Positions 14,040-25,815 of a DNA stretch of 64,000 bases are shown here, piece by piece. The stretch's first letter is position 1, and each line of letters opens with the position of its first letter. The translations under genes were made by a program, and so were the position numbers. Where the stretch lies: assembly GCF_000027125.1 (NCBI RefSeq), contig NC_017626.1; one strand, written 5' to 3'. This DNA comes from Escherichia coli 042 (GTDB lineage: Bacteria > Pseudomonadota > Gammaproteobacteria > Enterobacterales > Enterobacteriaceae). Under the pieces are notes generated by a model, which was not told where the DNA came from, did no database searches, and was given only the letters and a program-made list of their open reading frames with translations.

Positions 14040-14393
14040 TTAAAATGTGAGCACTTTATCGGCTGACAGCGTCCATTGCGCCAGTTCCACAAGAGTACCG
14101 ATTTCCACCCCATCAATCAGAGGAAGTGTGCTAATCCCGCGCCCGTCGGTACAGGTTTTGCACAATTTCACCGGTACATTCTGAGCGGTAAGGATCTCCA
14201 GCATTTGCTGAATGTTGTAGCCTTCCCCTGGTTTTTGCCCGCGCAACCCGGCTGTGACCGCATCAGACATCAGGAACAGACGCAGATCCAGATTGTTCTC
14301 CTGCTCTCGTAACGCAATGGCCAGCCGCAAGCTGTTAAACAAGGATTCGCTCCCGTAAGGCGCGCCATTGGCAACGATCACGATTTTTTGCAT
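14040..14393 (-). CDS. ychN: DsrE/DsrF-like protein YchN
   Basis: 117-aa ORF in conserved position. Confidence 0.8.
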   Translation of the reverse strand: MQKIVIVANGAPYGSESLFNSLRLAIALREQENNLDLRLFLMSDAVTAGLRGQKPGEGYNIQQMLEILTAQNVPVKLCKTCTDGRGISTLPLIDGVEIGTLVELAQWTLSADKVLTF

Positions 14394-14410
14394 TATTTAC
14401 TCCTGTATTC

Positions 14411-14514
<104 letters not shown>

Positions 14515-14542
14515 TTGCCAGTAATCGTTATTCTTTAGGGCT

Positions 14543-15973
14543 ATGGTTTTTCATTTTTTACCGGAAGTTACCGACGTTTTGAGCCGTTTCGTTCCTCGCA
14601 TTATTCCGTTTTATTTACTCTTGCTGGCGGCAGGCGGTACAGCTAACGCACAATCTACCTTCGAGCAAAAAGCGGCAAATCCCTTTGATAATAACAATGA
14701 TGGTCTGCCGGATTTAGGCATGGCACCTGAAAATCATGATGGGGAAAAACACTTTGCTGAAATTGTGAAAGATTTCGGCGAAACCAGTATGAATGATAAC
14801 GGGCTGGATACTGGCGAGCAGGCAAAAGCTTTCGCATTGGGAAAAGTCCGCGATGCGCTTAGTCAACAGGTTAATCAGCACGTAGAGTCCTGGCTATCAC
14901 CGTGGGGAAATGCCAGTGTTGACGTCAAAGTGGATAACGAAGGACATTTCACCGGCAGTCGTGGAAGCTGGTTTGTGCCGTTACAAGATAATGATCGTTA
15001 TCTCACCTGGAGCCAGCTTGGTCTTACTCAGCAGGATGATGGGCTGGTGAGCAATGTGGGCGTTGGGCAACGCTGGGCGCGCGGCAGCTGGCTGGTGGGT
15101 TATAACACTTTTTATGACAACTTGCTGGACGAAAATCTTCAGCGAGCGGGCTTCGGTGCCGAAGCGTGGGGCGAATATTTGCGACTATCGGCAAACTTTT
15201 ATCAGCCGTTTGCTGCATGGCATGAACAGACAGCCACGCAGGAACAACGGATGGCGCGCGGGTACGACCTGACAGCCCGGATGCGCATGCCGTTTTATCA
15301 ACACCTCAATACCAGTGTCAGCGTAGAACAGTATTTTGGTGAACGTGTTGATTTGTTTAATTCTGGTACGGGTTATCACAATCCCGTCGCGTTGAGTCTG
15401 GGATTAAATTATACCCCAGTGCCATTAGTCACTGTGACGGCCCAGCATAAACAGGGTGAAAGTGGCGAAAATCAAAATAACCTCGGGCTGAATCTTAATT
15501 ACCGCTTTGGTGTACCGCTCAAAAAACAACTTTCTGCGGGCGAGGTTGCCGAAAGTCAGTCATTACGTGGTAGTCGCTATGACAATCCGCAGCGAAATAA
15601 TCTACCGACTCTTGAGTACCGACAGCGAAAAACGTTAACGGTGTTTCTGGCGACACCTCCGTGGGATCTAAAACCTGGCGAAACAGTGCCGCTGAAATTA
15701 CAAATCCGCAGTCGTTACGGTATTCGGCAACTGATTTGGCAGGGCGATACGCAGATATTAAGTTTAACACCAGGCGCACAAGTCAACAGCGCGGAGGGCT
15801 GGACGCTGATCATGCCTGACTGGCAGAACGGGGAAAGGGCGAGCAATCACTGGCGATTGTCGGTGGTGGTGGAAGATAACCAGGGGCAGCGTGTCTCCTC
15901 CAATGAGATCACGCTAACGCTTGTCGAACCGTTCGACGCATTGTCAAACGACGAACTGCGCTGGGAACCGTAA
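14543..15973 (+). CDS. ychO: invasin/intimin-like putative outer membrane protein YchO
   Basis: 476-aa ORF with N-terminal signal-like segment; conserved position before narL; start uncertain. Confidence 0.7.
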   Translation: MVFHFLPEVTDVLSRFVPRIIPFYLLLLAAGGTANAQSTFEQKAANPFDNNNDGLPDLGMAPENHDGEKHFAEIVKDFGETSMNDNGLDTGEQAKAFALGKVRDALSQQVNQHVESWLSPWGNASVDVKVDNEGHFTGSRGSWFVPLQDNDRYLTWSQLGLTQQDDGLVSNVGVGQRWARGSWLVGYNTFYDNLLDENLQRAGFGAEAWGEYLRLSANFYQPFAAWHEQTATQEQRMARGYDLTARMRMPFYQHLNTSVSVEQYFGERVDLFNSGTGYHNPVALSLGLNYTPVPLVTVTAQHKQGESGENQNNLGLNLNYRFGVPLKKQLSAGEVAESQSLRGSRYDNPQRNNLPTLEYRQRKTLTVFLATPPWDLKPGETVPLKLQIRSRYGIRQLIWQGDTQILSLTPGAQVNSAEGWTLIMPDWQNGERASNHWRLSVVVEDNQGQRVSSNEITLTLVEPFDALSNDELRWEP

Positions 15974-16624
15974 TCAGAAAATGCGCTCCTGATGCACCCA
16001 TACCGCTGCTTCCACGCGAGACTTGAGCTTCATTTTCTTCAGCATGTGCTTGACGTGCACTTTTACTGTGCTTTCGGTGATGTCCAGGCGGCGGGCAATC
16101 ATCTTGTTCGGCAAACCCTGGGCAATCAGCTTGAGAATATCGCGCTCGCGTGGGGTTAACTGGTTAACATCGCGCTCAGTAGTGGCACGGTTAGCGCGCA
16201 AGCTGGCGGCCAGAACAGGCGTTAATGCTTCGCTTAATACCATTTCGCCAGCAGCTGCCTGATGCAATGCTTTCAGCAGATCTTCCGGTTCCATATCTTT
16301 TAACAGATAGCCATCCGCGCCGCGTTTCAGTGCGGTGACCACATCTTCTTCATGGTTAGAGACGCTGAATACCACAATGCGCCCGGAGAGGGACTTTTCG
16401 CGCAGTTTATCCAGCGTTTCCAGACCGTTCATGCCGGGCATATTGAGATCTAACAGGATCAGATCGGGATCAAGAGACTCCGCCAGTTCAATACCCTGTT
16501 CGCCATTACTCGCTTCGCCAACCACGGTGATATCTGGTGCCATACTGATAAGCTGTTTTACGCCAGTTCGCAGCATCGGGTGATCGTCAATCAGCAGGAT
16601 AGTAGCCGGTTCCTGATTACTCAT
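15974..16624 (-). CDS. narL: nitrate/nitrite response regulator NarL
   Basis: receiver + LuxR-type HTH domains; start placed at ATG giving 216 aa ([18 protein letters not shown]...). Confidence 0.95.
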
Positions 16625-18413
16625 GGGTATCTCCTTGGACGTCTGTGAAAGTTTTTTCGGGAATAAAGGTGACCACCACTTCGGTGCCACCTGATTCACG
16701 ACGGCGGACGCGGCAATCGCCTCGTAAACTTTGCGCACGGTCGCGCATTATTATCATGCCGTAGTGATTGCTGCGGATGGCATTTTCAGGCACGCCGCAG
16801 CCGTTATCCTGGACGGTCAGTTTGACCTGATTATCGTTTTGCGCCACCGTCACCACGACCTCACTCGCTTGCGAATGTTTGAGGGCGTTACTTAATGCCT
16901 CACGGGCAATTTGCAACAAGTGGATTGCCTGATGCGAAGGCACCAGACGAGGCGGCAATTGATAATCCAGCTTCACCGGGAAGCCAAATTTGGCGCTGTA
17001 CTCTTCGCAACTCGCCTCCAGCGCCGGACGTAATCCAGGCTCGGTGAGCTGCAAGCGGAATGTGGTGAGCAATTCACGCAACTGCGCCCAGGATGCATTC
17101 AGTTCGTTACGGATCTGACTTAACAGTTCGCGGCTGCTTTCTGGCAGCGCATCGCCCTGCATCTGTAAACAACTCACCTGCATCTTCATGCAAGAGAGAG
17201 ATTGGGCAATAGAATCATGCAGTTCGCGCGCAATGGTGGCACGCTCTTCCATCACGATCAACTGTTGCTGACGTTCCTGATGGCGATCCAACGCCAGCGT
17301 GGCGGTGAGTTGTTCAACCAGGGTATCCACCAGTTGTTGTTGATCATGGCTAAGATGACGCCCCTGCGGCAGGGTCGCCAGCAAAATACCGTACTGCGTA
17401 TGAGAGTCAGCCAGCCGCCACTTCAGGGTTGTGCCGCGATCGCCAACGGGTAATACGCCGCGCGGGCAGAGCTGGCAGCCTTTATCATCACAAGTCATAT
17501 CTGGCTGGCAGGTAAACTCCTGATGATTCTCTTCATCATCAGTGTCATACACCCGCAGTTCGATATCACGTAGCAGGGTTAAATTCTGTAAGCCGTTGAG
17601 TACAGGTGACAGGCGTTCACACAGCGGGGCGCGGGAATGCAAACGGCGGTTAGCCTGCCATAAAAAAGAGAGGATCTGATTTTTATGCTCCAGCCCGGCA
17701 GTTTTCTCCTGAACCCGCTGCTCAAGTACGGCATAACTTTCGGCCAGTTCTGCAGACATATTGTTCAATGCAGTTCCAAGCATCGCCATTTCGTTGCGCC
17801 CGCTGATGTTTGCGCGTTGGGTAAAATCGCGATGGCTGACGGCACTCGCCATTGCCAGCAGTTGCCGCCACGGTTGTAGCAATCGCGCCCGCAACCAGAT
17901 AATAGTGAACACCAGTAAAAGTGCCATAAATACCGCCATTACCCGATGGACCAGCACCACTGTCTCAATGCGCATTTCCGTGGTGCGGTCAAAACCAGAT
18001 ACCAGCTGATCAAGCCCGGCAACAAACTGGCTGACATCCGCTGACACCGTTTCGCGGTTTTGTGCACGCATCAGCGTAGGGATCAGTTCATTACGCCAGT
18101 AATCTTGTAAACCCTGTAATTGCGCCAGTTGTCCGTCTCGTTCTGCTGCTCGGGTTAACTCGGCGCTAAATGCCGTTTGTTCCATTTCTTTAATTAAGGG
18201 CTTGTCTTTCTCGCTTAATGGCACTGCTGCCAACAGACGGTAACTTTGCATGCGCAGCGATCCCGCTTTGTTGATCGCATGGGCGCTGCCCTGAACGCCT
18301 TGCACCAGCCAGCCAGAAACCGCCATCCCTGCCAGTCCAATAGCAGTAGAAAGCAACACAATAAGCGCAACCTGATTAACCAGGGTGAGCGGAGAGAGAC
18401 AACGTTTAAGCAT
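16617..18413 (-). CDS. narX: nitrate/nitrite sensor histidine kinase NarX
   Basis: 598-aa ORF with two TM segments and a histidine kinase core; stop overlaps narL start. Confidence 0.95.
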
Positions 18414-18640
18414 GTAAACCTCTTCCTTCAGGCTTTAAATGAGCAATAACCTTAATGAATGTGACGATACATTCTGGAATGGCAGTATTCTCGGCTATTG
18501 GCTGAAGTATACCCATACCCGGAAAGAGTTACTCCTTATTTGCCGTGTGGTTAGTCGCTTTACATCGGTAAGGGTAGGGATTTTACAGCACCGTGAAAAA
18601 TCTCATAATTTTTATGAAATCACTGTACTCACTATGGGTA

Positions 18641-18692
18641 ATGATAAATATCAATGATAGATAAAGTTATCTTATCGTTTGATTTACATCAA
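18641..18692 (+). promoter_or_regulatory. two FNR-box-like sites in the narK promoter
   Basis: ATGATaaatATCAA at 18641-18654 and TTGATttacATCAA at 18679-18692, centres 38 bp apart, matching the TTGAT-N4-ATCAA consensus. Confidence 0.65.
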
Positions 18693-18751
18693 ATTGCCTT
18701 TAGCTACAGACACTAAGGTGGCAGACATCGAAACGAGTATCAGAGGTGTCT

Positions 18752-20143
18752 ATGAGTCACTCATCCGCCCCCGAAAGGGCTACTGGAGCTGTCATTACAG
18801 ATTGGCGACCGGAAGATCCTGCGTTCTGGCAACAACGCGGTCAACGTATTGCCAGCCGCAACCTGTGGATTTCCGTTCCCTGTCTGCTGCTGGCGTTTTG
18901 CGTATGGATGTTGTTCAGCGCTGTTGCGGTGAACTTACCAAAAGTTGGTTTTAATTTTACGACCGATCAGCTATTTATGTTGACTGCGCTGCCTTCGGTT
19001 TCTGGCGCGTTATTACGTGTTCCATACTCCTTTATGGTTCCTATCTTCGGTGGTCGTCGCTGGACGGCGTTCAGCACCGGTATTCTGATTATTCCTTGCG
19101 TCTGGCTGGGTTTTGCCGTGCAGGATACCTCCACGCCTTATAGCGTCTTCATCATCATCTCTCTGCTGTGCGGCTTTGCTGGCGCGAACTTCGCTTCCAG
19201 TATGGCAAACATCAGCTTCTTCTTTCCGAAACAGAAGCAGGGTGGCGCGCTGGGTCTGAATGGTGGTCTGGGCAACATGGGCGTCAGCGTCATGCAGTTG
19301 GTTGCTCCGCTGGTGGTATCACTGTCGATTTTCGCAGTATTTGGTAGCCAGGGTGTCAAACAGCCGGATGGGACTGAGCTGTATCTGGCGAATGCGTCCT
19401 GGGTATGGGTGCCGTTCCTTGCCATCTTCACCATTGCGGCGTGGTTTGGCATGAACGATCTTGCTACCTCGAAAGCCTCCATCAAGGAGCAGTTGCCGGT
19501 ACTCAAACGGGGTCATCTGTGGATTATGAGCCTGCTGTATCTGGCAACCTTCGGCTCCTTCATCGGCTTCTCCGCGGGCTTTGCGATGCTGTCAAAAACG
19601 CAGTTCCCGGATGTTCAGATTCTGCAATACGCTTTCTTCGGGCCGTTTATTGGTGCGCTGGCGCGTTCTGCAGGTGGTGCATTATCTGACCGTCTGGGCG
19701 GAACTCGTGTCACGCTGGTGAACTTTATTCTGATGGCGATTTTCAGCGGCCTGCTGTTCCTGACCTTACCGACTGACGGGCAGGGCGGAAGCTTCATGGC
19801 GTTCTTCGCGGTCTTCCTGGCGCTGTTCCTGACAGCTGGGCTGGGTAGTGGTTCCACTTTCCAGATGATTTCCGTGATCTTCCGTAAACTGACAATGGAT
19901 CGCGTGAAAGCAGAAGGGGGTTCTGACGAACGTGCGATGCGTGAAGCGGCAACCGACACGGCGGCGGCGCTGGGTTTCATCTCTGCGATTGGCGCGATTG
20001 GTGGCTTCTTTATCCCGAAAGCGTTCGGTAGCTCGCTGGCATTAACGGGTTCGCCAGTCGGCGCAATGAAAGTATTTTTGATTTTCTATATCGCCTGTGT
20101 AGTGATTACCTGGGCGGTATATGGTCGGCATTCTAAAAAATAA
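18752..20143 (+). CDS. narK: nitrate/nitrite transporter NarK (MFS)
   Basis: MFS ORF; start placed at ATG 18752 (MSHSSAPERATGAV...), 463 aa. Confidence 0.95.
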   Translation: MSHSSAPERATGAVITDWRPEDPAFWQQRGQRIASRNLWISVPCLLLAFCVWMLFSAVAVNLPKVGFNFTTDQLFMLTALPSVSGALLRVPYSFMVPIFGGRRWTAFSTGILIIPCVWLGFAVQDTSTPYSVFIIISLLCGFAGANFASSMANISFFFPKQKQGGALGLNGGLGNMGVSVMQLVAPLVVSLSIFAVFGSQGVKQPDGTELYLANASWVWVPFLAIFTIAAWFGMNDLATSKASIKEQLPVLKRGHLWIMSLLYLATFGSFIGFSAGFAMLSKTQFPDVQILQYAFFGPFIGALARSAGGALSDRLGGTRVTLVNFILMAIFSGLLFLTLPTDGQGGSFMAFFAVFLALFLTAGLGSGSTFQMISVIFRKLTMDRVKAEGGSDERAMREAATDTAAALGFISAIGAIGGFFIPKAFGSSLALTGSPVGAMKVFLIFYIACVVITWAVYGRHSKK

Positions 20144-20268
20144 ATCTTAATATTTGATTATCCTTTGCGCGGCATGATGTCGCGCTTTTTTTATCTGTCG
20201 TTTAGTTACAACATACTAATGTGTAAGTGGCTTATTTCGCCGGATTTCATTAAGAGCCATTAATATGT

Positions 20269-20298
20269 TACCCATGGGGAATACTCCTTAATACCCAT
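20269..20298 (+). promoter_or_regulatory. NarL heptamer cluster upstream of narG
   Basis: TACCCAT at 20269-20275 and 20292-20298 plus TACTCCT at 20282-20288, about 200 bp upstream of the inferred narG transcription start. Confidence 0.5.
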
Positions 20299-20431
20299 CT
20301 GCATAAAAATCTTAATAGTTTAAATAACTACAGGTATAAAACGTCTTAATTTACAGTCTGTTATGTTGTGGCTGTTAATTATCCTAAAGGGGTATCTTAG
20401 GAATTTACTTTATTTTTCATCCCCATCACTC

Positions 20432-20445
20432 TTGATCGTTATCAA
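20432..20445 (+). promoter_or_regulatory. FNR box of the narG promoter
   Basis: perfect TTGATcgttATCAA palindrome about 92 bp upstream of the narG ATG. Confidence 0.75.
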
Positions 20446-20536
20446 TTCCCACGCTGTTTCAGAGCGTTACCTTGCCCTTAAACATTAGCAATGTCGATTT
20501 ATCAGAGGGCCGACAGGCTCCCACAGGAGAAAACCG

Positions 20537-23500
20537 ATGAGTAAATTCCTGGACCGGTTTCGCTACTTCAAACAGAAGGGTGAAACCTTTGCCGATGGGC
20601 ATGGCCAGCTTCTCAATACCAACCGTGACTGGGAGGATGGATATCGCCAGCGTTGGCAGCATGACAAAATCGTCCGCTCTACCCACGGGGTAAACTGCAC
20701 CGGCTCCTGCAGCTGGAAAATCTACGTTAAAAACGGTCTGGTGACCTGGGAAACCCAGCAGACTGACTATCCGCGTACTCGCCCGGACCTGCCAAACCAT
20801 GAACCTCGCGGCTGCCCGCGTGGTGCCAGCTACTCCTGGTATCTTTACAGCGCCAACCGTCTGAAATACCCGATGATGCGCAAACGCCTGATGAAAATGT
20901 GGCGTGAAGCGAAGGCGCTGCATAGCGATCCGGTTGAGGCATGGGCTTCTATCATTGAAGACGCCGATAAAGCGAAAAGCTTTAAGCAGACGCGTGGACG
21001 CGGTGGTTTTGTTCGTTCTTCCTGGCAGGAAGTGAACGAACTGATCGCCGCATCTAACGTTTACACCATCAAAAACTACGGCCCGGACCGTGTCGCTGGC
21101 TTCTCGCCAATTCCGGCAATGTCGATGGTTTCTTACGCGTCGGGTGCGCGTTATCTTTCGCTGCTTGGCGGTACTTGCTTAAGCTTCTACGACTGGTACT
21201 GCGATCTGCCTCCTGCGTCTCCGCAAACCTGGGGCGAGCAAACTGACGTACCGGAATCTGCTGACTGGTACAACTCCAGCTACATCATCGCCTGGGGGTC
21301 AAACGTGCCGCAGACGCGTACTCCGGATGCTCACTTCTTTACTGAAGTGCGTTACAAAGGCACCAAAACTGTTGCCGTCACACCGGACTACGCTGAAATC
21401 GCCAAACTGTGCGATCTGTGGCTGGCACCGAAACAGGGCACCGACGCAGCAATGGCGCTGGCGATGGGCTACGTAATGCTGCGTGAATTCCACCTCGACA
21501 ACCCAAGCCAGTATTTCACCGACTATGTGCGTCGCTACACCGACATGCCGATGCTGGTGATGCTGGAAGAACGCGACGGTTACTACGCCGCAGGTCGTAT
21601 GCTGCGCGCTGCCGATCTGGTGGATGCGCTGGGCCAGGAAAACAATCCGGAATGGAAAACGGTCGCCTTTAATACCAATGGCGAAATGGTTGCGCCGAAC
21701 GGTTCTATTGGCTTCCGCTGGGGCGAGAAGGGCAAATGGAATCTTGAGCAGCGCGACGGCAAAACTGGCGAAGAAACCGAGCTGCAACTGAGCCTGCTGG
21801 GTAGCCAGGATGAGATCGCTGAGGTGGGCTTCCCGTACTTTGGTGGCGACGGCACGGAACACTTCAACAAAGTGGAACTGGAAAACGTGCTGCTGCACAA
21901 GCTGCCGGTGAAACGCTTGCAACTGGCTGATGGCAGCACCGCACTGGTGACCACCGTTTATGATCTGACGCTGGCAAACTATGGTCTGGAACGTGGCCTG
22001 AACGACGTTAACTGTGCAACCAGCTATGACGATGTGAAAGCTTACACCCCTGCGTGGGCCGAGCAGATTACCGGCGTTTCTCGCAGCCAGATTATTCGCA
22101 TCGCCCGTGAATTTGCCGATAACGCTGACAAGACGCACGGTCGTTCGATGATTATCGTCGGTGCGGGGCTGAACCACTGGTATCACCTCGATATGAACTA
22201 TCGTGGTCTGATCAACATGTTGATTTTCTGCGGCTGTGTAGGTCAGAGCGGTGGTGGCTGGGCGCACTATGTAGGTCAGGAAAAACTGCGTCCGCAAACC
22301 GGCTGGCAGCCGCTGGCGTTTGCTCTTGACTGGCAGCGTCCGGCGCGTCACATGAACAGCACCTCTTATTTCTATAACCACTCCAGCCAGTGGCGTTATG
22401 AAACCGTGACCGCAGAAGAGTTGTTGTCGCCGATGGCGGATAAATCCCGTTATACCGGACATCTGATCGACTTTAACGTCCGTGCAGAACGTATGGGCTG
22501 GCTGCCGTCTGCGCCGCAGTTAGGCACTAACCCGCTGACTATCGCTCGCGAAGCGGAAAAAGCGGGCATGAATCCGGTGGATTACACCGTGAAATCCCTG
22601 AAAGAGGGTTCTATCCGTTTTGCGGCAGAACAACCAGAAAACGGTAAAAACCACCCGCGTAACCTGTTCATCTGGCGCTCTAACCTGCTCGGTTCTTCCG
22701 GTAAAGGTCATGAGTTTATGCTCAAGTACCTGCTGGGGACGGAGCACGGTATCCAGGGTAAAGACCTGGGTCAGCAGGGCGGCGTGAAGCCGGAAGAAGT
22801 GGACTGGCAGGACAATGGTCTGGAAGGCAAGCTGGATCTGGTGGTGACGCTGGACTTCCGTCTGTCGAGCACCTGTCTCTATTCCGACATCATTTTGCCG
22901 ACGGCGACCTGGTACGAAAAAGACGACATGAATACTTCGGATATGCATCCGTTTATTCACCCGCTGTCTGCGGCGGTCGATCCGGCATGGGAAGCGAAAA
23001 GCGACTGGGAAATCTACAAAGCCATCGCTAGGAAATTCTCCGAAGTGTGCGTTGGTCATCTGGGTAAAGAAACCGACATCGTCACGCTGCCTATCCAGCA
23101 CGACTCTGCCGCTGAACTGGCACAGCCGCTGGATGTGAAAGACTGGAAAAAAGGCGAATGCGACCTGATCCCAGGTAAAACTGCACCGCACATTATGGTT
23201 GTAGAGCGCGATTATCCGGCAACTTACGAACGCTTTACCTCTATCGGCCCGCTGATGGAGAAAATCGGTAACGGCGGTAAAGGAATTGCCTGGAACACCC
23301 AGAGCGAGATGGATCTGCTGCGTAAGCTCAACTACACCAAAGCGGAAGGTCCGGCGAAAGGCCAGCCGATGCTCAACACCGCCATTGATGCGGCAGAGAT
23401 GATCCTGACGCTGGCACCGGAAACCAACGGTCAGGTAGCCGTGAAAGCCTGGGCTGCCCTGAGCGAGTTTACCGGTCGTGACCATACGCATCTGGCGCTG

Positions 23501-24280
23501 AATAAAGAAGACGAGAAGATCCGCTTCCGCGATATCCAGGCACAGCCGCGCAAAATCATCTCCAGCCCGACCTGGTCTGGCCTTGAAGATGAACACGTTT
23601 CTTACAACGCCGGTTACACCAACGTTCACGAGCTGATCCCGTGGCGTACGCTCTCTGGCCGTCAGCAGCTGTATCAGGATCACCAATGGATGCGTGATTT
23701 CGGTGAAAGCTTGCTGGTTTATCGTCCGCCGATCGACACCCGTTCGGTGAAAGAAGTGATAGGCCAAAAATCCAACGGCAACCCGGAAAAAGCGCTCAAC
23801 TTCCTGACGCCGCACCAGAAGTGGGGTATCCACTCCACCTACAGCGACAACCTGCTGATGCTGACTTTAGGTCGCGGTGGTCCGGTGGTCTGGCTGAGTG
23901 AAGCCGATGCCAAAGATCTGGGCATTGCCGATAACGACTGGATTGAAGTCTTCAACAGCAACGGTGCACTGACTGCCCGTGCGGTTGTCAGCCAGCGTGT
24001 TCCGGCAGGGATGACCATGATGTACCACGCGCAGGAACGTATCGTTAACCTGCCTGGTTCAGAAATCACCAGCCAGCGCGGCGGTATTCATAACTCGGTC
24101 ACCCGTATCACGCCGAAACCGACGCATATGATCGGCGGCTATGCCCATCTGGCATACGGCTTTAACTACTACGGCACCGTAGGTTCTAACCGCGATGAGT
24201 TTGTTGTAGTGCGTAAGATGAAGAACATTGACTGGTTAGATGGCGAAGGCAATGACCAGGTACAGGAGAGCGTAAAATGA
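20537..24280 (+). CDS. narG: respiratory nitrate reductase A alpha subunit
   Basis: 1247-aa molybdoenzyme ORF. Confidence 0.97.
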   Translation: MSKFLDRFRYFKQKGETFADGHGQLLNTNRDWEDGYRQRWQHDKIVRSTHGVNCTGSCSWKIYVKNGLVTWETQQTDYPRTRPDLPNHEPRGCPRGASYSWYLYSANRLKYPMMRKRLMKMWREAKALHSDPVEAWASIIEDADKAKSFKQTRGRGGFVRSSWQEVNELIAASNVYTIKNYGPDRVAGFSPIPAMSMVSYASGARYLSLLGGTCLSFYDWYCDLPPASPQTWGEQTDVPESADWYNSSYIIAWGSNVPQTRTPDAHFFTEVRYKGTKTVAVTPDYAEIAKLCDLWLAPKQGTDAAMALAMGYVMLREFHLDNPSQYFTDYVRRYTDMPMLVMLEERDGYYAAGRMLRAADLVDALGQENNPEWKTVAFNTNGEMVAPNGSIGFRWGEKGKWNLEQRDGKTGEETELQLSLLGSQDEIAEVGFPYFGGDGTEHFNKVELENVLLHKLPVKRLQLADGSTALVTTVYDLTLANYGLERGLNDVNCATSYDDVKAYTPAWAEQITGVSRSQIIRIAREFADNADKTHGRSMIIVGAGLNHWYHLDMNYRGLINMLIFCGCVGQSGGGWAHYVGQEKLRPQTGWQPLAFALDWQRPARHMNSTSYFYNHSSQWRYETVTAEELLSPMADKSRYTGHLIDFNVRAERMGWLPSAPQLGTNPLTIAREAEKAGMNPVDYTVKSLKEGSIRFAAEQPENGKNHPRNLFIWRSNLLGSSGKGHEFMLKYLLGTEHGIQGKDLGQQGGVKPEEVDWQDNGLEGKLDLVVTLDFRLSSTCLYSDIILPTATWYEKDDMNTSDMHPFIHPLSAAVDPAWEAKSDWEIYKAIARKFSEVCVGHLGKETDIVTLPIQHDSAAELAQPLDVKDWKKGECDLIPGKTAPHIMVVERDYPATYERFTSIGPLMEKIGNGGKGIAWNTQSEMDLLRKLNYTKAEGPAKGQPMLNTAIDAAEMILTLAPETNGQVAVKAWAALSEFTGRDHTHLALNKEDEKIRFRDIQAQPRKIISSPTWSGLEDEHVSYNAGYTNVHELIPWRTLSGRQQLYQDHQWMRDFGESLLVYRPPIDTRSVKEVIGQKSNGNPEKALNFLTPHQKWGIHSTYSDNLLMLTLGRGGPVVWLSEADAKDLGIADNDWIEVFNSNGALTARAVVSQRVPAGMTMMYHAQERIVNLPGSEITSQRGGIHNSVTRITPKPTHMIGGYAHLAYGFNYYGTVGSNRDEFVVVRKMKNIDWLDGEGNDQVQESVK

Positions 24281-25815
24281 AAATTCGTTCACAAGTCGGC
24301 ATGGTGCTGAATCTCGATAAGTGCATCGGCTGCCACACCTGTTCAGTTACCTGTAAAAACGTCTGGACCAGCCGCGAAGGCGTGGAATACGCGTGGTTCA
24401 ACAACGTGGAAACCAAGCCGGGCCAGGGCTTCCCGACTGACTGGGAAAACCAGGAAAAATACAAAGGCGGCTGGATCCGTAAAATCAACGGCAAACTGCA
24501 GCCGCGCATGGGTAACCGTGCCATGCTGCTGGGTAAAATCTTCGCTAACCCGCATCTGCCGGGGATCGACGATTATTACGAGCCGTTCGATTTTGATTAT
24601 CAGAACCTGCATACCGCGCCGGAAGGCAGCAAATCGCAGCCGATTGCCCGTCCTCGTTCGCTGATTACCGGCGAACGTATGGCGAAAATCGAAAAAGGGC
24701 CGAACTGGGAAGATGACTTGGGCGGTGAGTTTGACAAGCTGGCGAAAGACAAGAACTTCGACAACATCCAGAAGGCGATGTATAGCCAGTTCGAAAACAC
24801 CTTCATGATGTATTTGCCGCGCCTGTGCGAACACTGCCTGAACCCGGCATGTGTGGCGACCTGCCCGAGTGGTGCGATTTACAAGCGTGAAGAAGATGGC
24901 ATCGTCCTGATCGACCAGGATAAATGCCGTGGCTGGCGTATGTGCATCACCGGATGCCCGTACAAAAAAATCTACTTCAACTGGAAGAGCGGTAAGTCTG
25001 AGAAGTGCATCTTCTGCTATCCGCGTATTGAAGCCGGTCAGCCGACGGTATGCTCTGAAACCTGTGTCGGTCGTATCCGTTATCTCGGCGTGCTGTTGTA
25101 CGATGCCGACGCTATTGAACGTGCAGCCAGCACTGAGAACGAGAAAGATCTTTACCAGCGTCAGCTGGACGTGTTCCTCGATCCGAACGATCCGAAAGTC
25201 ATCGAGCAGGCAATTAAAGACGGTATTCCGCTGAGCGTTATTGAAGCCGCACAGCAGTCGCCGGTTTATAAAATGGCGATGGAATGGAAACTGGCGCTGC
25301 CGCTGCATCCGGAATATCGCACACTGCCGATGGTCTGGTACGTGCCGCCTCTGTCGCCGATTCAGTCTGCAGCAGACGCGGGTGAGCTGGGTAGCAACGG
25401 CATTCTGCCAGACGTCGAAAGCCTGCGTATTCCGGTACAGTATCTGGCGAATCTGCTGACCGCCGGTGATACCAAACCGGTACTGCGCGCGCTGAAACGT
25501 ATGCTGGCGATGCGTCATTATAAACGTGCTGAAACCGTTGACGGTAAAGTGGATACCCGTGCGCTGGAAGAGGTCGGTCTGACCGAAGCCCAGGCACAGG
25601 AGATGTACCGTTATCTGGCGATTGCTAACTACGAAGATCGCTTTGTGGTGCCGAGCAGTCATCGTGAACTGGCGCGGGAAGCCTTCCCGGAGAAAAATGG
25701 CTGCGGCTTTACCTTTGGTGATGGCTGCCACGGTTCAGATACCAAATTCAATCTGTTCAACAGCCGCCGTATCGATGCCATCGACGTAACCAGCAAAACG
25801 GAGCCGCACCCATGA
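24277..25815 (+). CDS. narH: nitrate reductase A beta subunit (Fe-S)
   Basis: 512-aa ORF with multiple Cys clusters (CIGCHTCSVTC...); start overlaps narG stop. Confidence 0.97.
   Translation: MKIRSQVGMVLNLDKCIGCHTCSVTCKNVWTSREGVEYAWFNNVETKPGQGFPTDWENQEKYKGGWIRKINGKLQPRMGNRAMLLGKIFANPHLPGIDDYYEPFDFDYQNLHTAPEGSKSQPIARPRSLITGERMAKIEKGPNWEDDLGGEFDKLAKDKNFDNIQKAMYSQFENTFMMYLPRLCEHCLNPACVATCPSGAIYKREEDGIVLIDQDKCRGWRMCITGCPYKKIYFNWKSGKSEKCIFCYPRIEAGQPTVCSETCVGRIRYLGVLLYDADAIERAASTENEKDLYQRQLDVFLDPNDPKVIEQAIKDGIPLSVIEAAQQSPVYKMAMEWKLALPLHPEYRTLPMVWYVPPLSPIQSAADAGELGSNGILPDVESLRIPVQYLANLLTAGDTKPVLRALKRMLAMRHYKRAETVDGKVDTRALEEVGLTEAQAQEMYRYLAIANYEDRFVVPSSHRELAREAFPEKNGCGFTFGDGCHGSDTKFNLFNSRRIDAIDVTSKTEPHP

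Noticed and set aside
21299..25731. Several long minus-strand ORFs (387, 437, 462 aa) antisense to narG/narH
   Set aside because: Fully contained within the nar coding sequences on the opposite strand; compositionally odd Arg/His-rich translations typical of antisense frames
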